Shown here: piece after piece, positions 24,001 through 34,182 of the stretch
Layout of the letters: each line of letters opens with the position of its first letter
How positions within the stretch are numbered: position 1 is the stretch's first letter
Assembly: GCA_965218585.1 (NCBI GenBank)
Contig: CBDCLE010000002.1
Coordinates: 256,001-320,000 of the forward strand
Length of the DNA stretch: 64,000 bases
Direction of reading: 5' to 3'
Source: Terriglobia bacterium
Lineage (GTDB): Bacteria; Acidobacteriota; Terriglobia; 20CM-2-55-15
Program-made: the position numbers and the translations under genes
The notes under the pieces: generated by a model
The model's input: only the letters and a program-made list of their open reading frames with translations
What the model was told of the DNA's origin: nothing
Databases searched by the model: none

Positions 24001-26710
24001 GCGTGAACACTCCGATCCCAAACTCGCCCGGCACCCTGAGCAGCGCCGACGGGATCTGACCGCTCAACTCGGTGTTACTGATAAAGTCGGTCCCAATCCG
24101 GGTCCCGGCCACCGTGATCACCGAACTGGCCTGGAAGTTGGCCCCTGTCACCGTTATGTCTGTGGCCACACCCACACCGGCTTCTGACGGACTGAAACCG
24201 GTAATCTGGGGCGGGGCCGTCAATACGCTGATCGAGAACGAGGCCGCCCCGCCTCCCGGTGTCGGGTTCGCAATCACACCGGACAATGTCCCCGGCACCT
24301 GCAACAGGTCTGCCGGAATACTGGCATCGATCGACGTCGAGGTGATCGATGCGTTCAGGGTCTGACCCCCAAGGGACACTTCCGTCTCGGGTATGAAGCC
24401 TTCGCCGCCGATCGACAACCCTGCGACACCGTGTTCTGTCCCCGGTTCGTTACCACCGCGATCCCGGTCACCGAGTTCACCGCCACTCCTGCTGGCCGGC
24501 TCCCGACCTGGATCGTGCCCGTCACCGTCAATGTGTTCAGATCGATCACGCTGACCGTCGCGTCTTCTCCGCTCACCACCACGGCCAGGTTCCGCGTCTG
24601 ATCGATGGCCAGTCCCAGCGGGAACCGCCCCACCTCCACCGTTGCGGTCACCGTCATCGTCGCCAGATCGATCACGCTCACGTCGTTGCTGCCTACGTTG
24701 GCCACCAGCGCCAGGTCCAGCTCTGCGTGGATATCCACACCTTCGCCCGGGCTCCGGCCCACCGTGATCGTCTCGGTCACCGTCAGAGTGTTCAGATCGA
24801 TCACGCTCACGTTGTCGCTGGACTCATTGCTCACCACTGCGATCTGCCGCGTCGGATGGATGGCCACTCCGGCCGGAAACGATCCCACCGATACCCGCCC
24901 TTCGATCAACGGGTTGTCCGGCTCCGGGTTCACCACAAACACCGATGCACTGGTGGTCCCCCCGCCCGGCGGCGGCGTGGTCACCGTAATCTGGGCATCA
25001 CCAATCTGGCTGAGCAGTGTGGACGGGATCACCGCCTGCAGCTCGACCGAGCTGACAAACGTGGTCTGCAGGGACTCGCCGTTGAACTGGACTACCGAGG
25101 CCGGGTTGAACTCCGACCCCAACACGGTGATGTTCAACAACTGGTTCCCCGAGAATGCCGACGAGGGCGACACAAAGCTCAAACCCGGCACCTCGGAGGG
25201 CACCACCCCGCCGGCCTGGAAGTCCTGACCGTCCACATTCTCGGTGGCCAGCTCTACGGTCCGTTCCGCTGGCACCAACTGCGCACCAATCCGGCTGGCC
25301 GTTACTGTGTAACTGCCGGGTGGCAGCTGCCCGAATATGTACCGTCCGTCTGCATCCGTGGTCCGGGTCTGGGTCACTGGGCCCGCAAGCGACACCGTCA
25401 CATCGGCTACACCCACGCCGTCCTGGGTCACACGGCCCGTGATCGCCGCTGCGATCTGGGCCGGGGGGATAAAGTCTGTCGCGATGTTCTCGGCTGGTAC
25501 ATTGGCCAGAGCAAAACCGTTGATCCCTCCAAACAGCGCCGCACTGACCACATCGACACTCGATCGCAGGTAGGCCCAGCCTCCTACCTGTTCCAGCGCT
25601 GCCGTCAGTAACTCCCGGTACAACCGGCCAATCCGTCCATTAGCCGGCACGGTGAACGTGGCCTTCCCCACCGTCGTCCCGTCCGGCAGCAAGGTGAAAA
25701 ACTCTACTTCCGCATCGGTCTCACCCGGGTTCACGATCGTCAGGCCCGTAAAGAAGCCGCTCCCCTCGGCTACCTGCGAATACACCTGAAGGCGCGATGC
25801 GCGTTCGGTCTCCGTCCCCGATACCAGTGCAAACGATGGGGTCGTCTGGTTCCCGAACCCGATATACGACGTCACAAACCCTACGGGCGTTGTGATATCG
25901 ATCCAACCCACACTCAGCTACGTGTCGTCCGTGATCGCAAACAGCTCGGCCACTGTCCCCCGCCAGCTCGCGTTCGCTCCCAGCGTGATCGTCTTCGGGT
26001 TCTCGGGCAGATCCCACAACGTCCCGTCGTCCTTCTTCGCCGTCAGCACCAGGTCCTGCGTGGTCTGCGCCGTGTTCACCAGCCCGATGAAGGACAGCCA
26101 GCCGGCACCACTGACAAACTGCGACAGGATCTGGCGCGTCGACTCGGTCGGTACCCGTCCTCCGGCCGCGATCGTCTCCCGTCTCAGTGCGGTCCCTGTG
26201 ACCTGGAAGTCCACCACCACTTCGTGTGCTACCAGGGCCCGGTCTCCGGTCACCACGACGTGGGAGGCTGTACTGAGGTCCGCTTCAGCAAACAATCCGG
26301 TCAGCGTTTGTCGCAGCAGGGCCTTCGGCTCCAAAGACACGCTGACCGTCCCCAGCTGGCTCCCGTCCATCCCGTACAGCGTCAGCGTCGCCGTCGCCGC
26401 TTCCTCCCCTGGGTTTACCACTGTCAGCTCGGTCTTTGCTGTCGCATCTTCCACCGCAAACGGCAGCACGTACTCCACCTCCGCCGAAAGCGCGATGGCG
26501 CCATCTAAATCCGTCACCGCAGGGTTCGCGTTCAGGAAAAACCCCGTCAATCCCCTCGTCGCCGAGGTCGCCTGCATCCACCCGTTGAACTCACCTGCGC
26601 CGAACAGTTCCGCATACAGCCGCGACAGCTGCCCGCCCGCGGCCACCTCCACCGTCAGCGGGTTCTCCACTCCTGTCCCGGCCACCAAGGTTCCATCCGA
26701 CCTATACGCG
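18094..26710 (-). pseudogene. Giant multidomain surface protein (carboxypeptidase-regulatory-like, IPT/TIG, YVTN propeller, NIDO-like, NHL repeats), disrupted
   Basis: Collinear ORF pieces at 25918-26710, 24355-25911, 18182-24418 and 18094-18185. There is an in-frame TAG at 25918-25920 and frame breaks near 24415 and 18190, and the 5' end is cut by IS110. Many ~55-aa repeats of the form FxxPxGxWGDGxGNLYVADxxNHxIRKxVISxGxVTTLAG. Confidence 0.85.
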
Positions 26711-26712
26711 TT

Positions 26713-28265
26713 TCTATGGAAGGGGCTGTCAAGAGAAACACGTCCCCGCCGAGCGGACCACCGGACCCAACACTGTCGTGGCAGCCAGCCCCTGTCTCCG
26801 TTGAGACGAACTGTTGATCCGGCATCGCAGAGAAGTCGATCACTCATCACAACGTGGTGTGGTTTCGAGAAACTGAAAAGCGCAAAGGGGTCGTGATTGC
26901 CGACCACGGTTCTATCTGAGCCTCGAGGGCTATCGCTTTTCCAGGTCGTGCGAGGGGGGATAGAGTATTACATGGGCCTTCAGCAAGCGCTGTGTGCCAA
27001 CCGCGTATCGGATCCTCACCCTCGACCCTACCGTTCCGACGCCTCACCGACGACGAGCGGTCGAATGCCTCGCGCTGTCGGCAGAAGTCTGGAAACGGCT
27101 ATGTCGCCAAGTTCAGTTTCTTTGCGTTAAACGTGTCTCCTTTCTTCCACATCTTCAGTGCGGTCGCTGCAATCTTCCTCGCCAGTGTCAGCCGAGCCAT
27201 CTCCTTACGCTTGCCGTCTTTCTGGAGCCCCTCCAGGTAGCTTTTCCAAGGTTCGGCCCCCATGCCTCCGGTCGCCGCCCCGATGAACACACCTTTCAAA
27301 CGTCGGTTGCCGTTGCGGTTCAGTCCCCGCGTGGCGATCGGCTTTCGACGACGTACCACACGACTCCCTTCCTGCTCATACTCCGCACTCATGTGCATTG
27401 CCACGGCCAGACCGCTGTAGTTCCAGAGCTGGCGTTTGGTTCGAAATCGATGCGGGGTGTCCCCCGTCGCTACAATCAAGGCGCAACGTATCGGTCCCAA
27501 CTGGGGAATCGTCTGCAATATCCCCACCGCACGATGCTTGCGGCTCTCGGTTAACATCGCCAGCTTCGCTTTTTTTCTTAACCCTCTCAGATGATCCAGC
27601 TCCTCATACAACCATCCGGTACGCCGCCGTGCACCGGTATTGGCGAGCTGTTCGATCCAGTGTTCCCGCTGCGATGGGAGGTAGACGCCGTGGCCCGGCG
27701 TCCGGATCCCACGTCCTCGATACATTGCCTTGATCCGAACCATCGTCCGCTGCGTATCCAGGGTCAAGGTCTCATATCCGCGGACCAGTTCTTTCAACGT
27801 CCGCGTCGCATCGTGCCCGTGGTAGACCGACCGCAGCCATCCGGCCCGGAGCAGCTCGGCCAGTTTCAGGGCATCCACCCGGTCGGTCTTGGACCCGTCA
27901 CTGAGCAGTTTGTTCCGTCTGGGATCACACACGATCACTTCGCTCACATATCCCCGGACCACGTTGTAGAGCCATTCGGCCTGCGTGGTTTCTTCAAACG
28001 TCACGTGCAGCTCACCACTCAGACTCTCCAGCAAATCAATGATTGGCCCGGCCTGGGTCTCTACGATCTTTTCCCAGACCAGTTTGCCGTCTGCGTTTAA
28101 GACCATCACCACCGTCGTTGCCTGGTGCACATCCATGCCGATATACTTGGCCTGTTTCATTTACGTGCTCCTTTGTCTTTGAATTCAACGCAGCTACGTT
28201 GAATGGGTTGTTGTCGGGAGATTTTCCTCCTGGCAACAGCCGACAAAGGGGCGTCCTTCCTTATA
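26713..28265 (-). mobile_element. IS110-family (IS1111-like) insertion sequence
   Basis: Transposase with a short upstream and a ~380-bp downstream non-coding region. Imperfect subterminal IRs (GGAAGG / CCTTCC), TTGACA near the right end and TATAAG at the left end. GCGTT occurs at both junctions (26708-26712, 28266-28270). Boundaries are approximate. Confidence 0.78.
27099..28160 (-). CDS. IS110-family DEDD transposase/recombinase
   Basis: YIGMDVH, FEET and KTDRVDA (DEDD), LQTIPQLGPI, YSGL...S, and GNRRLK motifs. Confidence 0.92.
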   Translation of the reverse strand: MKQAKYIGMDVHQATTVVMVLNADGKLVWEKIVETQAGPIIDLLESLSGELHVTFEETTQAEWLYNVVRGYVSEVIVCDPRRNKLLSDGSKTDRVDALKLAELLRAGWLRSVYHGHDATRTLKELVRGYETLTLDTQRTMVRIKAMYRGRGIRTPGHGVYLPSQREHWIEQLANTGARRRTGWLYEELDHLRGLRKKAKLAMLTESRKHRAVGILQTIPQLGPIRCALIVATGDTPHRFRTKRQLWNYSGLAVAMHMSAEYEQEGSRVVRRRKPIATRGLNRNGNRRLKGVFIGAATGGMGAEPWKSYLEGLQKDGKRKEMARLTLARKIAATALKMWKKGDTFNAKKLNLAT

Positions 28266-28359
28266 GCGTTGTATGCGCCCGCATTTGAGCGGGCCATGGT
28301 TGCGCTGACCGGGGGCCACTCAAAACAATGACGATTGAATACGAACCGATTCCTCCCGG

Positions 28360-28557
28360 GTGGAGGCCTCCGAGTTGTACATCGGCGAACCGGTCTGCTT
28401 GGTGCGTCGGGGCCGGCGAAGGGAGGGCATTATTGACGGGATTCAACTCGCAGTGGCGCCCTACGGGCGTGACACGGTCATTGTCCGGCTTGATGCCGGC
28501 GGTCGCGTTCATGCGGTCCCCGAAGAACAGCAGGGGGTCAAACGAATGGAAGAATGA
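28360..28557 (+). CDS. Small hypothetical protein
   Basis: 65-aa ORF upstream of nirK with a plausible beta-rich composition and no recognisable motif. Confidence 0.3.
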   Translation: MEASELYIGEPVCLVRRGRRREGIIDGIQLAVAPYGRDTVIVRLDAGGRVHAVPEEQQGVKRMEE

Positions 28558-28734
28558 AGAACGCAATCACCCGGAAGCACATTGTTTTCAGACGTCAGGG
28601 TTGCGTCAAGGGTGCCACCGACCAGACCAGCGATAGGGTGGTGTAAGAATTCAGTGATCTGAGGGTTTTCGAAGTCAGACTGGTCAAGTGGAATCCAATC
28701 TGTGAGGCAACGGTTACCTTAGGGAGAATCATCC

Positions 28735-29850
28735 ATGTTCAACATCAGCAGACGCCGGTTTCTGGGGGCGGCTGGCCCGTTGGCTGCCATGTCAGCCATG
28801 ACTCAAGAGGGGACAGCCGCCGCCCCCTCCGCTCAGGCCGACATTAGTGGACTGCCACGCGTCCGGCAGGAGTCGGTCGACCCGCCTTTTGTTCCCGAGC
28901 ACGAGCAGGTCGCCGCAGGCGGCCCGAAGATTATCGAGGTGGAGCTTGTCGTCCAGGAAGGCAAGAGGGTGATCGACGATGCCGGTACCGAAATCCAAGC
29001 CCTCATGTTCAACGATTCCATTCCAGGCCCTCTGATCATCTGCCACGAGGGGGACTACGTCGAGCTCACGCTGAAGAATCCGGAGGGCAATGTCTTCGGG
29101 CACAATGTCGACTTTCATGCCTCGACCGGGGCCCTGGGCGGAGGTGCCCTGACACACGTGCAACCGGGTGAACAGGTCCGGCTGCGCTGGAAGGCGGTCA
29201 AGCCGGGCACCTTCATCTATCACTGTGCGCCAGGTGGCTCGATGATTCCATACCATGTGGTTTCCGGTATGAATGGGGCCGTCATGGTGCTGCCAAGGGC
29301 CGGCCTCCAGGATCGCGATGGCACGCCCATCCGTTACGACAAAGCCTACTATGTCGGCGAGCAGGACTACTACATTCCCCGAGATTCTGACGGCAACTTC
29401 ATGAAGTACGAGGGCCCGGCGGACGGTATTGCCGATGTCCTGGAGGTGATGCGCAACCTTACGCCGACCCATGTGGTGTTCAATGGCCGGGTCGGTGCGC
29501 TGACCGGCGATGGCGCCATGAGGGCCCAGGTGGGCGAGACCGTCTTGTTCATCCACTCCCAGGCCAACCGGGATTCCAGGCCGCACCTGATCGGCGGACA
29601 TGGGGACTACGTGTGGGAACAGGGTTCATTTGCCGACCCCCCGGCTCACGGGCTTCAGACCTGGTTCGTCCGGGGCGGCTCGGCGGGCGCGGCCATCTAC
29701 ACTTTCAGGCAGCCGGGCCTCTATGCGTACCTCACCCACAACCTGATCGAGGCGGTCGAGTTGGGTGCCCTAGCCCATGTCATGGTCGATGGCGACTGGG
29801 ATAATGATCTGATGACGCAGGTTCAGGCTCCGGCGCCGATTCCGGGGTAA
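28735..29850 (+). CDS. nirK: Copper-containing nitrite reductase (Tat-exported)
   Basis: SRRRFL Tat motif; [36 protein letters not shown] and HNLIEA copper-site motifs. Confidence 0.96.
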   Translation: MFNISRRRFLGAAGPLAAMSAMTQEGTAAAPSAQADISGLPRVRQESVDPPFVPEHEQVAAGGPKIIEVELVVQEGKRVIDDAGTEIQALMFNDSIPGPLIICHEGDYVELTLKNPEGNVFGHNVDFHASTGALGGGALTHVQPGEQVRLRWKAVKPGTFIYHCAPGGSMIPYHVVSGMNGAVMVLPRAGLQDRDGTPIRYDKAYYVGEQDYYIPRDSDGNFMKYEGPADGIADVLEVMRNLTPTHVVFNGRVGALTGDGAMRAQVGETVLFIHSQANRDSRPHLIGGHGDYVWEQGSFADPPAHGLQTWFVRGGSAGAAIYTFRQPGLYAYLTHNLIEAVELGALAHVMVDGDWDNDLMTQVQAPAPIPG

Positions 29851-29870
29851 GCTTCTTTCCGGGGATAGGG

Positions 29871-30697
29871 GGTTCTGGTGCAGACAGGCAACGGACTTGG
29901 CGATAATGGGTTATGGCGCATCAGAAAACTGAGCGGAATCCTCTATTTGCCGGACGTTGGTTCGAAGACGACATCATTCTCCTCTGCCTTCGCTGGTATT
30001 TTCGCTTCAAATTAAGTTACCGAGACCTGGGCGCGATTTTAGGTGAACGGGGTTTATCGATTTCGCACACCACGATTTTGCGTTGGGTCATTCGTTATGC
30101 TGAAACTTGCGAGAAGCGCTGGAACCGATTCGAGCGACAGGTGGGTGGGAGCTGGCGAGTTGATGAAACATTCATCAAGGTGCGAGGCCAGTTGATGTAC
30201 CTGTATCGAGCCGTGGATGGACAAGGCAACACCGTGGAGTTCTGTCTGAGTCGAACACGCGGCATTGCGGCGGCGAAGGCCTTCTTTCGCAAGGCACTGA
30301 AGCATCATCGGGAGCCACACAGCATCACCCTGGATGGCCACCAGCCGAGCCATAGCGCCCTGCGGCGCATGGGAATGAACGGTGAGTTCAACTTCCGGGG
30401 GCGGAACCCGGTGAAGATTCGTTGCTGTCAATACCTGAACAACGTTGTGGAGCAGGACCACCGCCGGGTGAAGAGGCGATTGCGCCCGATGTTGGGATTC
30501 AAGACGTTCGACAATGCGCGACGCGTCATTATCGGCATCGAACTGGCGCAGAAGATTCACAAACGCCAGTTCGCAATTCCGATCACATTGCAGTCGAATC
30601 CCGCAGTGACCTGGCGTCACGTCATGGCAGCATAGTCCGTCTCGCTGCGGCACACTCCTGGTCTTATCGCTCCGACAATCTTATCTGCACCAGAACC
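29871..30697 (+). mobile_element. IS6-family insertion sequence (827 bp)
   Basis: IRs GGTTCTGGTGCAGA / TCTGCACCAGAACC. No matching target duplication. Confidence 0.9.
29913..30635 (+). CDS. IS6-family transposase
   Basis: LSYRDL, WRVDETFIKV, YLYRAVD and LNNVVEQDHR motifs. Confidence 0.93.
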   Translation: MAHQKTERNPLFAGRWFEDDIILLCLRWYFRFKLSYRDLGAILGERGLSISHTTILRWVIRYAETCEKRWNRFERQVGGSWRVDETFIKVRGQLMYLYRAVDGQGNTVEFCLSRTRGIAAAKAFFRKALKHHREPHSITLDGHQPSHSALRRMGMNGEFNFRGRNPVKIRCCQYLNNVVEQDHRRVKRRLRPMLGFKTFDNARRVIIGIELAQKIHKRQFAIPITLQSNPAVTWRHVMAA

Positions 30698-30702
30698 CCC
30701 CT

Positions 30703-30885
30703 TGATCTGGAAGCTACTGCGTGTTGTTGAAAAATCTTGGCGACACTTAACCTGGCGACACTTAAAAAGGATCCGATCTCTTACAAGAGGTCTATGATGG
30801 TCAGCACTTCGCTGATGGCATCAGAGTCGTGACGAAAGCGAAGGCCGCCGCCTGATGACTTTTACACACCTTTTGTGATGACCTC
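30703..30885 (+). mobile_element. 3' remnant of a diverged IS256 copy
   Basis: Matches ~6299-6465 including the right IR (TTTTGTGATGACCTC), with substitutions and a TGGCGACACTTAA tandem duplication. Truncated next to IS6. Confidence 0.88.
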
Positions 30886-31031
30886 TCGACATGGCATTGC
30901 CTAAGTTCAACGCGATACGCCTGCTGGAGTTCAAATGACATTCTGGCGGCCCGCTCTGGCGAGGCCGCCACTACCCAGGCACAATCTAGCAGACCATCAC
31001 CAAGTCCAGACTCTCCGGTGAGCGTGGGTGC

Positions 31032-33950
31032 TCAATTGTCTCCGCCCCACGTGTAGTTCATCCGCCCGTAGTAGTAGGCGCCGTTGAAGCCGAACGGCGA
31101 GAACTGGCCGTAGTTGTTGCCGGTGCCCACGGCGGCCAGCGGATTGATCTCCGGGTAGGCGTTCAGGATGTTCTGGCCACCAAATGAAACCTTGACGAAC
31201 TCACCGATCGGGATGCCGAGTTCGATGTCGACGAGCGCCTTGCCCGAGTACAGTCCGTAGAGGGCGGACATGTTGGAGTCGCCGAGGGTTTCTGCCGCCC
31301 AGGTCCGGGCGTCCTCCCGGTCCCAGTACTGTCCGTAGAAGCTCAGGCGGGTGAGCAGGCTCCACCGGTCAGCCGTGTGGTTAACGGCAAAGTTCCACCG
31401 CGTCTCGGGTAACCCGCGCTCGAGTGCGCTGCGGCGGTCGTCGTCAATGGTGTCCGACGTGAATGCCGTGACGTTGGTCGAGGTGTAGTTGAAGACGGCG
31501 CTGAAGACGGTGTTGCTGCCGAGCGCCTCCGGGGCGTAGGTCGTCACGAAGTCGACCCCTTCCGTTTTGGTCGCGAAGTCGTTCACGAAGAAGCGGAACC
31601 TCTGCAGGTTGGCCGCCTCGGCGAACCCGGCTGCGATCAACGCCGCGGTCTCATCCCCTGTGAGCGAGAAGTTCTTCGTGATGCTGAGGCGATCGGAGAC
31701 GTTGATCCGGAAGTAGTCGGCCGTGAATGTGAACTCCCCGGTGTCGACGACCGCCCCGACCGAATAGTTGATCGACTTTTCGGGTTGGAGCGGCATCCCG
31801 CCCCGGAGTGCCGCGGCCGGGTTCGTCGACGGGACCGTGCCGTTGTTGACCAGATCTCCGATGTCGAAGTCGAACTCGGTCGTCACGTTGAACGCATTCT
31901 GCTGGCCGGGCGTCGGCGCGCGGAATCCGCTGCTGATCGCCCCGCGCACAGCGAAGGCTTCGGTGAGCGCGTAGCGCCCGGAGAGTTTGCTGTTCATCGT
32001 CGTGCCAAAGCCTTCGAAATCTTCGAGGCGGACGGCGGCGCCCAGGGTCCACGCGTCAGCGGGGGCATTCAACTCGATATCGCCGTAGACGGCGACGTTG
32101 CCGCGGTTCCAGCTGCCGGAGTTCTCGGGACGGGTGCCGTTGTAGCCGTTCGACCCGGAACTGAACCCCTGCGATGCATAGGGGCCGATGGCCCACGAGT
32201 CGGAATCGCCCGCGCCGAGATGGTACTGCTCCCTGCGCCACTCGGCGCCGCCGGCGACGTTGACCATGTCGCTGACGGCATAGGAGAGGTCCAGGTTCAG
32301 GCCGACCTCGGTCTGCTGCAGAAGGTTGGGACTGAAGCGGGACGGGCTGTCCGGACCGAGCGACGCGTTGACCGTGTCGAAGATGAACGTGTCGACCGTG
32401 TTCCGGCCCCAGCTCACGCTCGTGTCCCAGTTCAGGCCGTTTGCCATGAATCCGCGAAGCCCGGTGACCAGCGACACGTCCTCCACGTCACCGCCGAACT
32501 GCGGCGTGAACCCGCCCGGCAGACCGTCTGGCGCTCCCTCGAAGGGCTGATGGAACGTGAAACAGTTCGGATCCGCAGTGACCTGGCCGAAGGCGACCGG
32601 GTCCGGCGCATTGTCGATGATGGCGACCTCCGGGCAGTTGGCCGACCCCTGGCCGTTCGCGGCCAACACGTCGCCGACGAGCAACGTGGCTCCACCGTCG
32701 CCGCTGAAGACCGAGCCACGCGTGTTCGGGTTCCGGAAATAGAAGCCGCCGGTTACCTTCTTGGTGGCGTAGTTGTTGTGGGCGTACCACTGCAATCCGT
32801 TGTCGAACAGGTAACCGAAGTTGCCAAACATCTTGAGGTCGTCTTCGACCTTCGGTGCGCCCCAGACCTGGGCGGGGTTCCGCACGGCCGTGTTGCCGGC
32901 GGCCCGCAGCCCCGCTGCATCGTTGCGCTGGATGGCGCGGTTCGTCGGCTCCGCATTACCGTACTCGAGACTGAAGTTCGCGAACCCGTTCTGGCCCAGC
33001 GGCAGTCCGGCATTGCCCGCAAAGGCGTACGCCTGGCCGTAGCCGTCGATGCCGTTGCAGGAGGTGCCGAGTATGCCGCACGTGTTGCCGTCGCCGGTGT
33101 TCTCATCGAAGTGCCGTCCCATCCGGAACTCCATGCTGCCGCCCGAGGCGGCGTCCTTGAGCTGGAAATTCATGACGCCGGCGATGGCGTCCGACCCGTA
33201 CTGTGCCGACGCGCCATCACGGAGCACCTCGACCTGCCGTAGTGCGATCGAAGGGATGACCGAGAGGTCCGGGCCCTGTGAACCGTCGGCGATGCCGTTG
33301 CCGAGCCATGCGATGACGGCGGCCCGGTGGCGGCGCTTGCCGTTCACCAGGACGAGCGTGTGGTCGGGCGCCAGATTACGCAGGTTGGCCGGCCGGATCA
33401 CGGAGGCCGCGTCGCTGATCGGCTGCGTGTTGACGTTGAACGAGGGTACGACAGCCCGCAACTGATTGGTGAAATCAGGGTCCCCCTGGGTGGCGAAGTC
33501 CGCGCTGGAAATGACGTCGACCGGCACGGCCGAACTGGTCACCGACCGGGGCTCGGCGCGGCTGCCGACGACGACCACTTCCTGCACCAGCCCCCCCACC
33601 AGCATCTCGACCTCAAGGGTCACGGTGGCCCCGGCGCTGATCGCCACAGCGTCGCGCGTCAACACGCTGAAGCCGGGGAGGCTGAACACCACATCGTAGG
33701 TGCCCGGCGGAAGCCCGCCGACAGTGTACATGCCAGCGCCATCGCTGACGGCAACGTTGAATGGCCCGTTGGGGGCCGTGCTGGTCACCTCCACGGTCAC
33801 GCCGGGCAACACGGCGCCTGTCACGTCAGTAACTGTTCCGCTAAGGGTTCCGGTCTGCTGGGCGTTGACGTTCGGCGCCAGCAGCAGTGCGGCGCATAAC
33901 CCAAGAATGCCCAGGATCGTTGTTTTCTTACTCAACTGAAAGGACGTCAT
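31032..33950 (-). CDS. TonB-dependent receptor with an N-terminal carboxypeptidase-regulatory-like domain
   Basis: Signal peptide; GTVTDVTGAVLPGVTV, EVVVVGSR, LVLVNGKRRH, EVLRDGASAQYGSDAIAGV and GFRAP motifs; aromatic C-terminal strand. Confidence 0.92.
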   Translation of the reverse strand: MTSFQLSKKTTILGILGLCAALLLAPNVNAQQTGTLSGTVTDVTGAVLPGVTVEVTSTAPNGPFNVAVSDGAGMYTVGGLPPGTYDVVFSLPGFSVLTRDAVAISAGATVTLEVEMLVGGLVQEVVVVGSRAEPRSVTSSAVPVDVISSADFATQGDPDFTNQLRAVVPSFNVNTQPISDAASVIRPANLRNLAPDHTLVLVNGKRRHRAAVIAWLGNGIADGSQGPDLSVIPSIALRQVEVLRDGASAQYGSDAIAGVMNFQLKDAASGGSMEFRMGRHFDENTGDGNTCGILGTSCNGIDGYGQAYAFAGNAGLPLGQNGFANFSLEYGNAEPTNRAIQRNDAAGLRAAGNTAVRNPAQVWGAPKVEDDLKMFGNFGYLFDNGLQWYAHNNYATKKVTGGFYFRNPNTRGSVFSGDGGATLLVGDVLAANGQGSANCPEVAIIDNAPDPVAFGQVTADPNCFTFHQPFEGAPDGLPGGFTPQFGGDVEDVSLVTGLRGFMANGLNWDTSVSWGRNTVDTFIFDTVNASLGPDSPSRFSPNLLQQTEVGLNLDLSYAVSDMVNVAGGAEWRREQYHLGAGDSDSWAIGPYASQGFSSGSNGYNGTRPENSGSWNRGNVAVYGDIELNAPADAWTLGAAVRLEDFEGFGTTMNSKLSGRYALTEAFAVRGAISSGFRAPTPGQQNAFNVTTEFDFDIGDLVNNGTVPSTNPAAALRGGMPLQPEKSINYSVGAVVDTGEFTFTADYFRINVSDRLSITKNFSLTGDETAALIAAGFAEAANLQRFRFFVNDFATKTEGVDFVTTYAPEALGSNTVFSAVFNYTSTNVTAFTSDTIDDDRRSALERGLPETRWNFAVNHTADRWSLLTRLSFYGQYWDREDARTWAAETLGDSNMSALYGLYSGKALVDIELGIPIGEFVKVSFGGQNILNAYPEINPLAAVGTGNNYGQFSPFGFNGAYYYGRMNYTWGGDN

Positions 33951-34005
33951 GATCGAAATCTCCGGTGATTATATACTTTACACAGAAATAATGCCGATGC
34001 TACAA

Positions 34006-34182
34006 TCATTTCATGGTTGTAGCATCCGTATTTTTATCAGCACTTTCCGGTTGCTCAATCAGCTTATCCAGCTCACGTTTCACGCGCTTTCCGAAGATTT
34101 TCTCAACGATCTCCACGTCGGTCTTCTCGGTGAGATTCTTCGGGAGTCTTCGCTTTCGCTTTCTCTTGGAGTTTTGAGTCAT
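34006..34182 (-). CDS. Small basic hypothetical protein inside IS1595
   Basis: 58 aa (MTQNSKRKRKRRLPK...). Its ATG shares a CATG palindrome with the transposase start. Confidence 0.35.
   Translation of the reverse strand: MTQNSKRKRKRRLPKNLTEKTDVEIVEKIFGKRVKRELDKLIEQPESADKNTDATTMK

Noticed and set aside
28433-28446. FNR/Dnr-like box TTGAC-GGGA-TTCAA upstream of nirK
   Set aside because: Imperfect match, about 290 bp from the start and inside a small ORF; not distinguishable from chance.
31785-33242. Long antisense ORFs (485 aa here; also 22158-23138, 25892-26896, 53346-54344)
   Set aside because: Shadow ORFs of GC-rich genes on the opposite strand, with no motifs.
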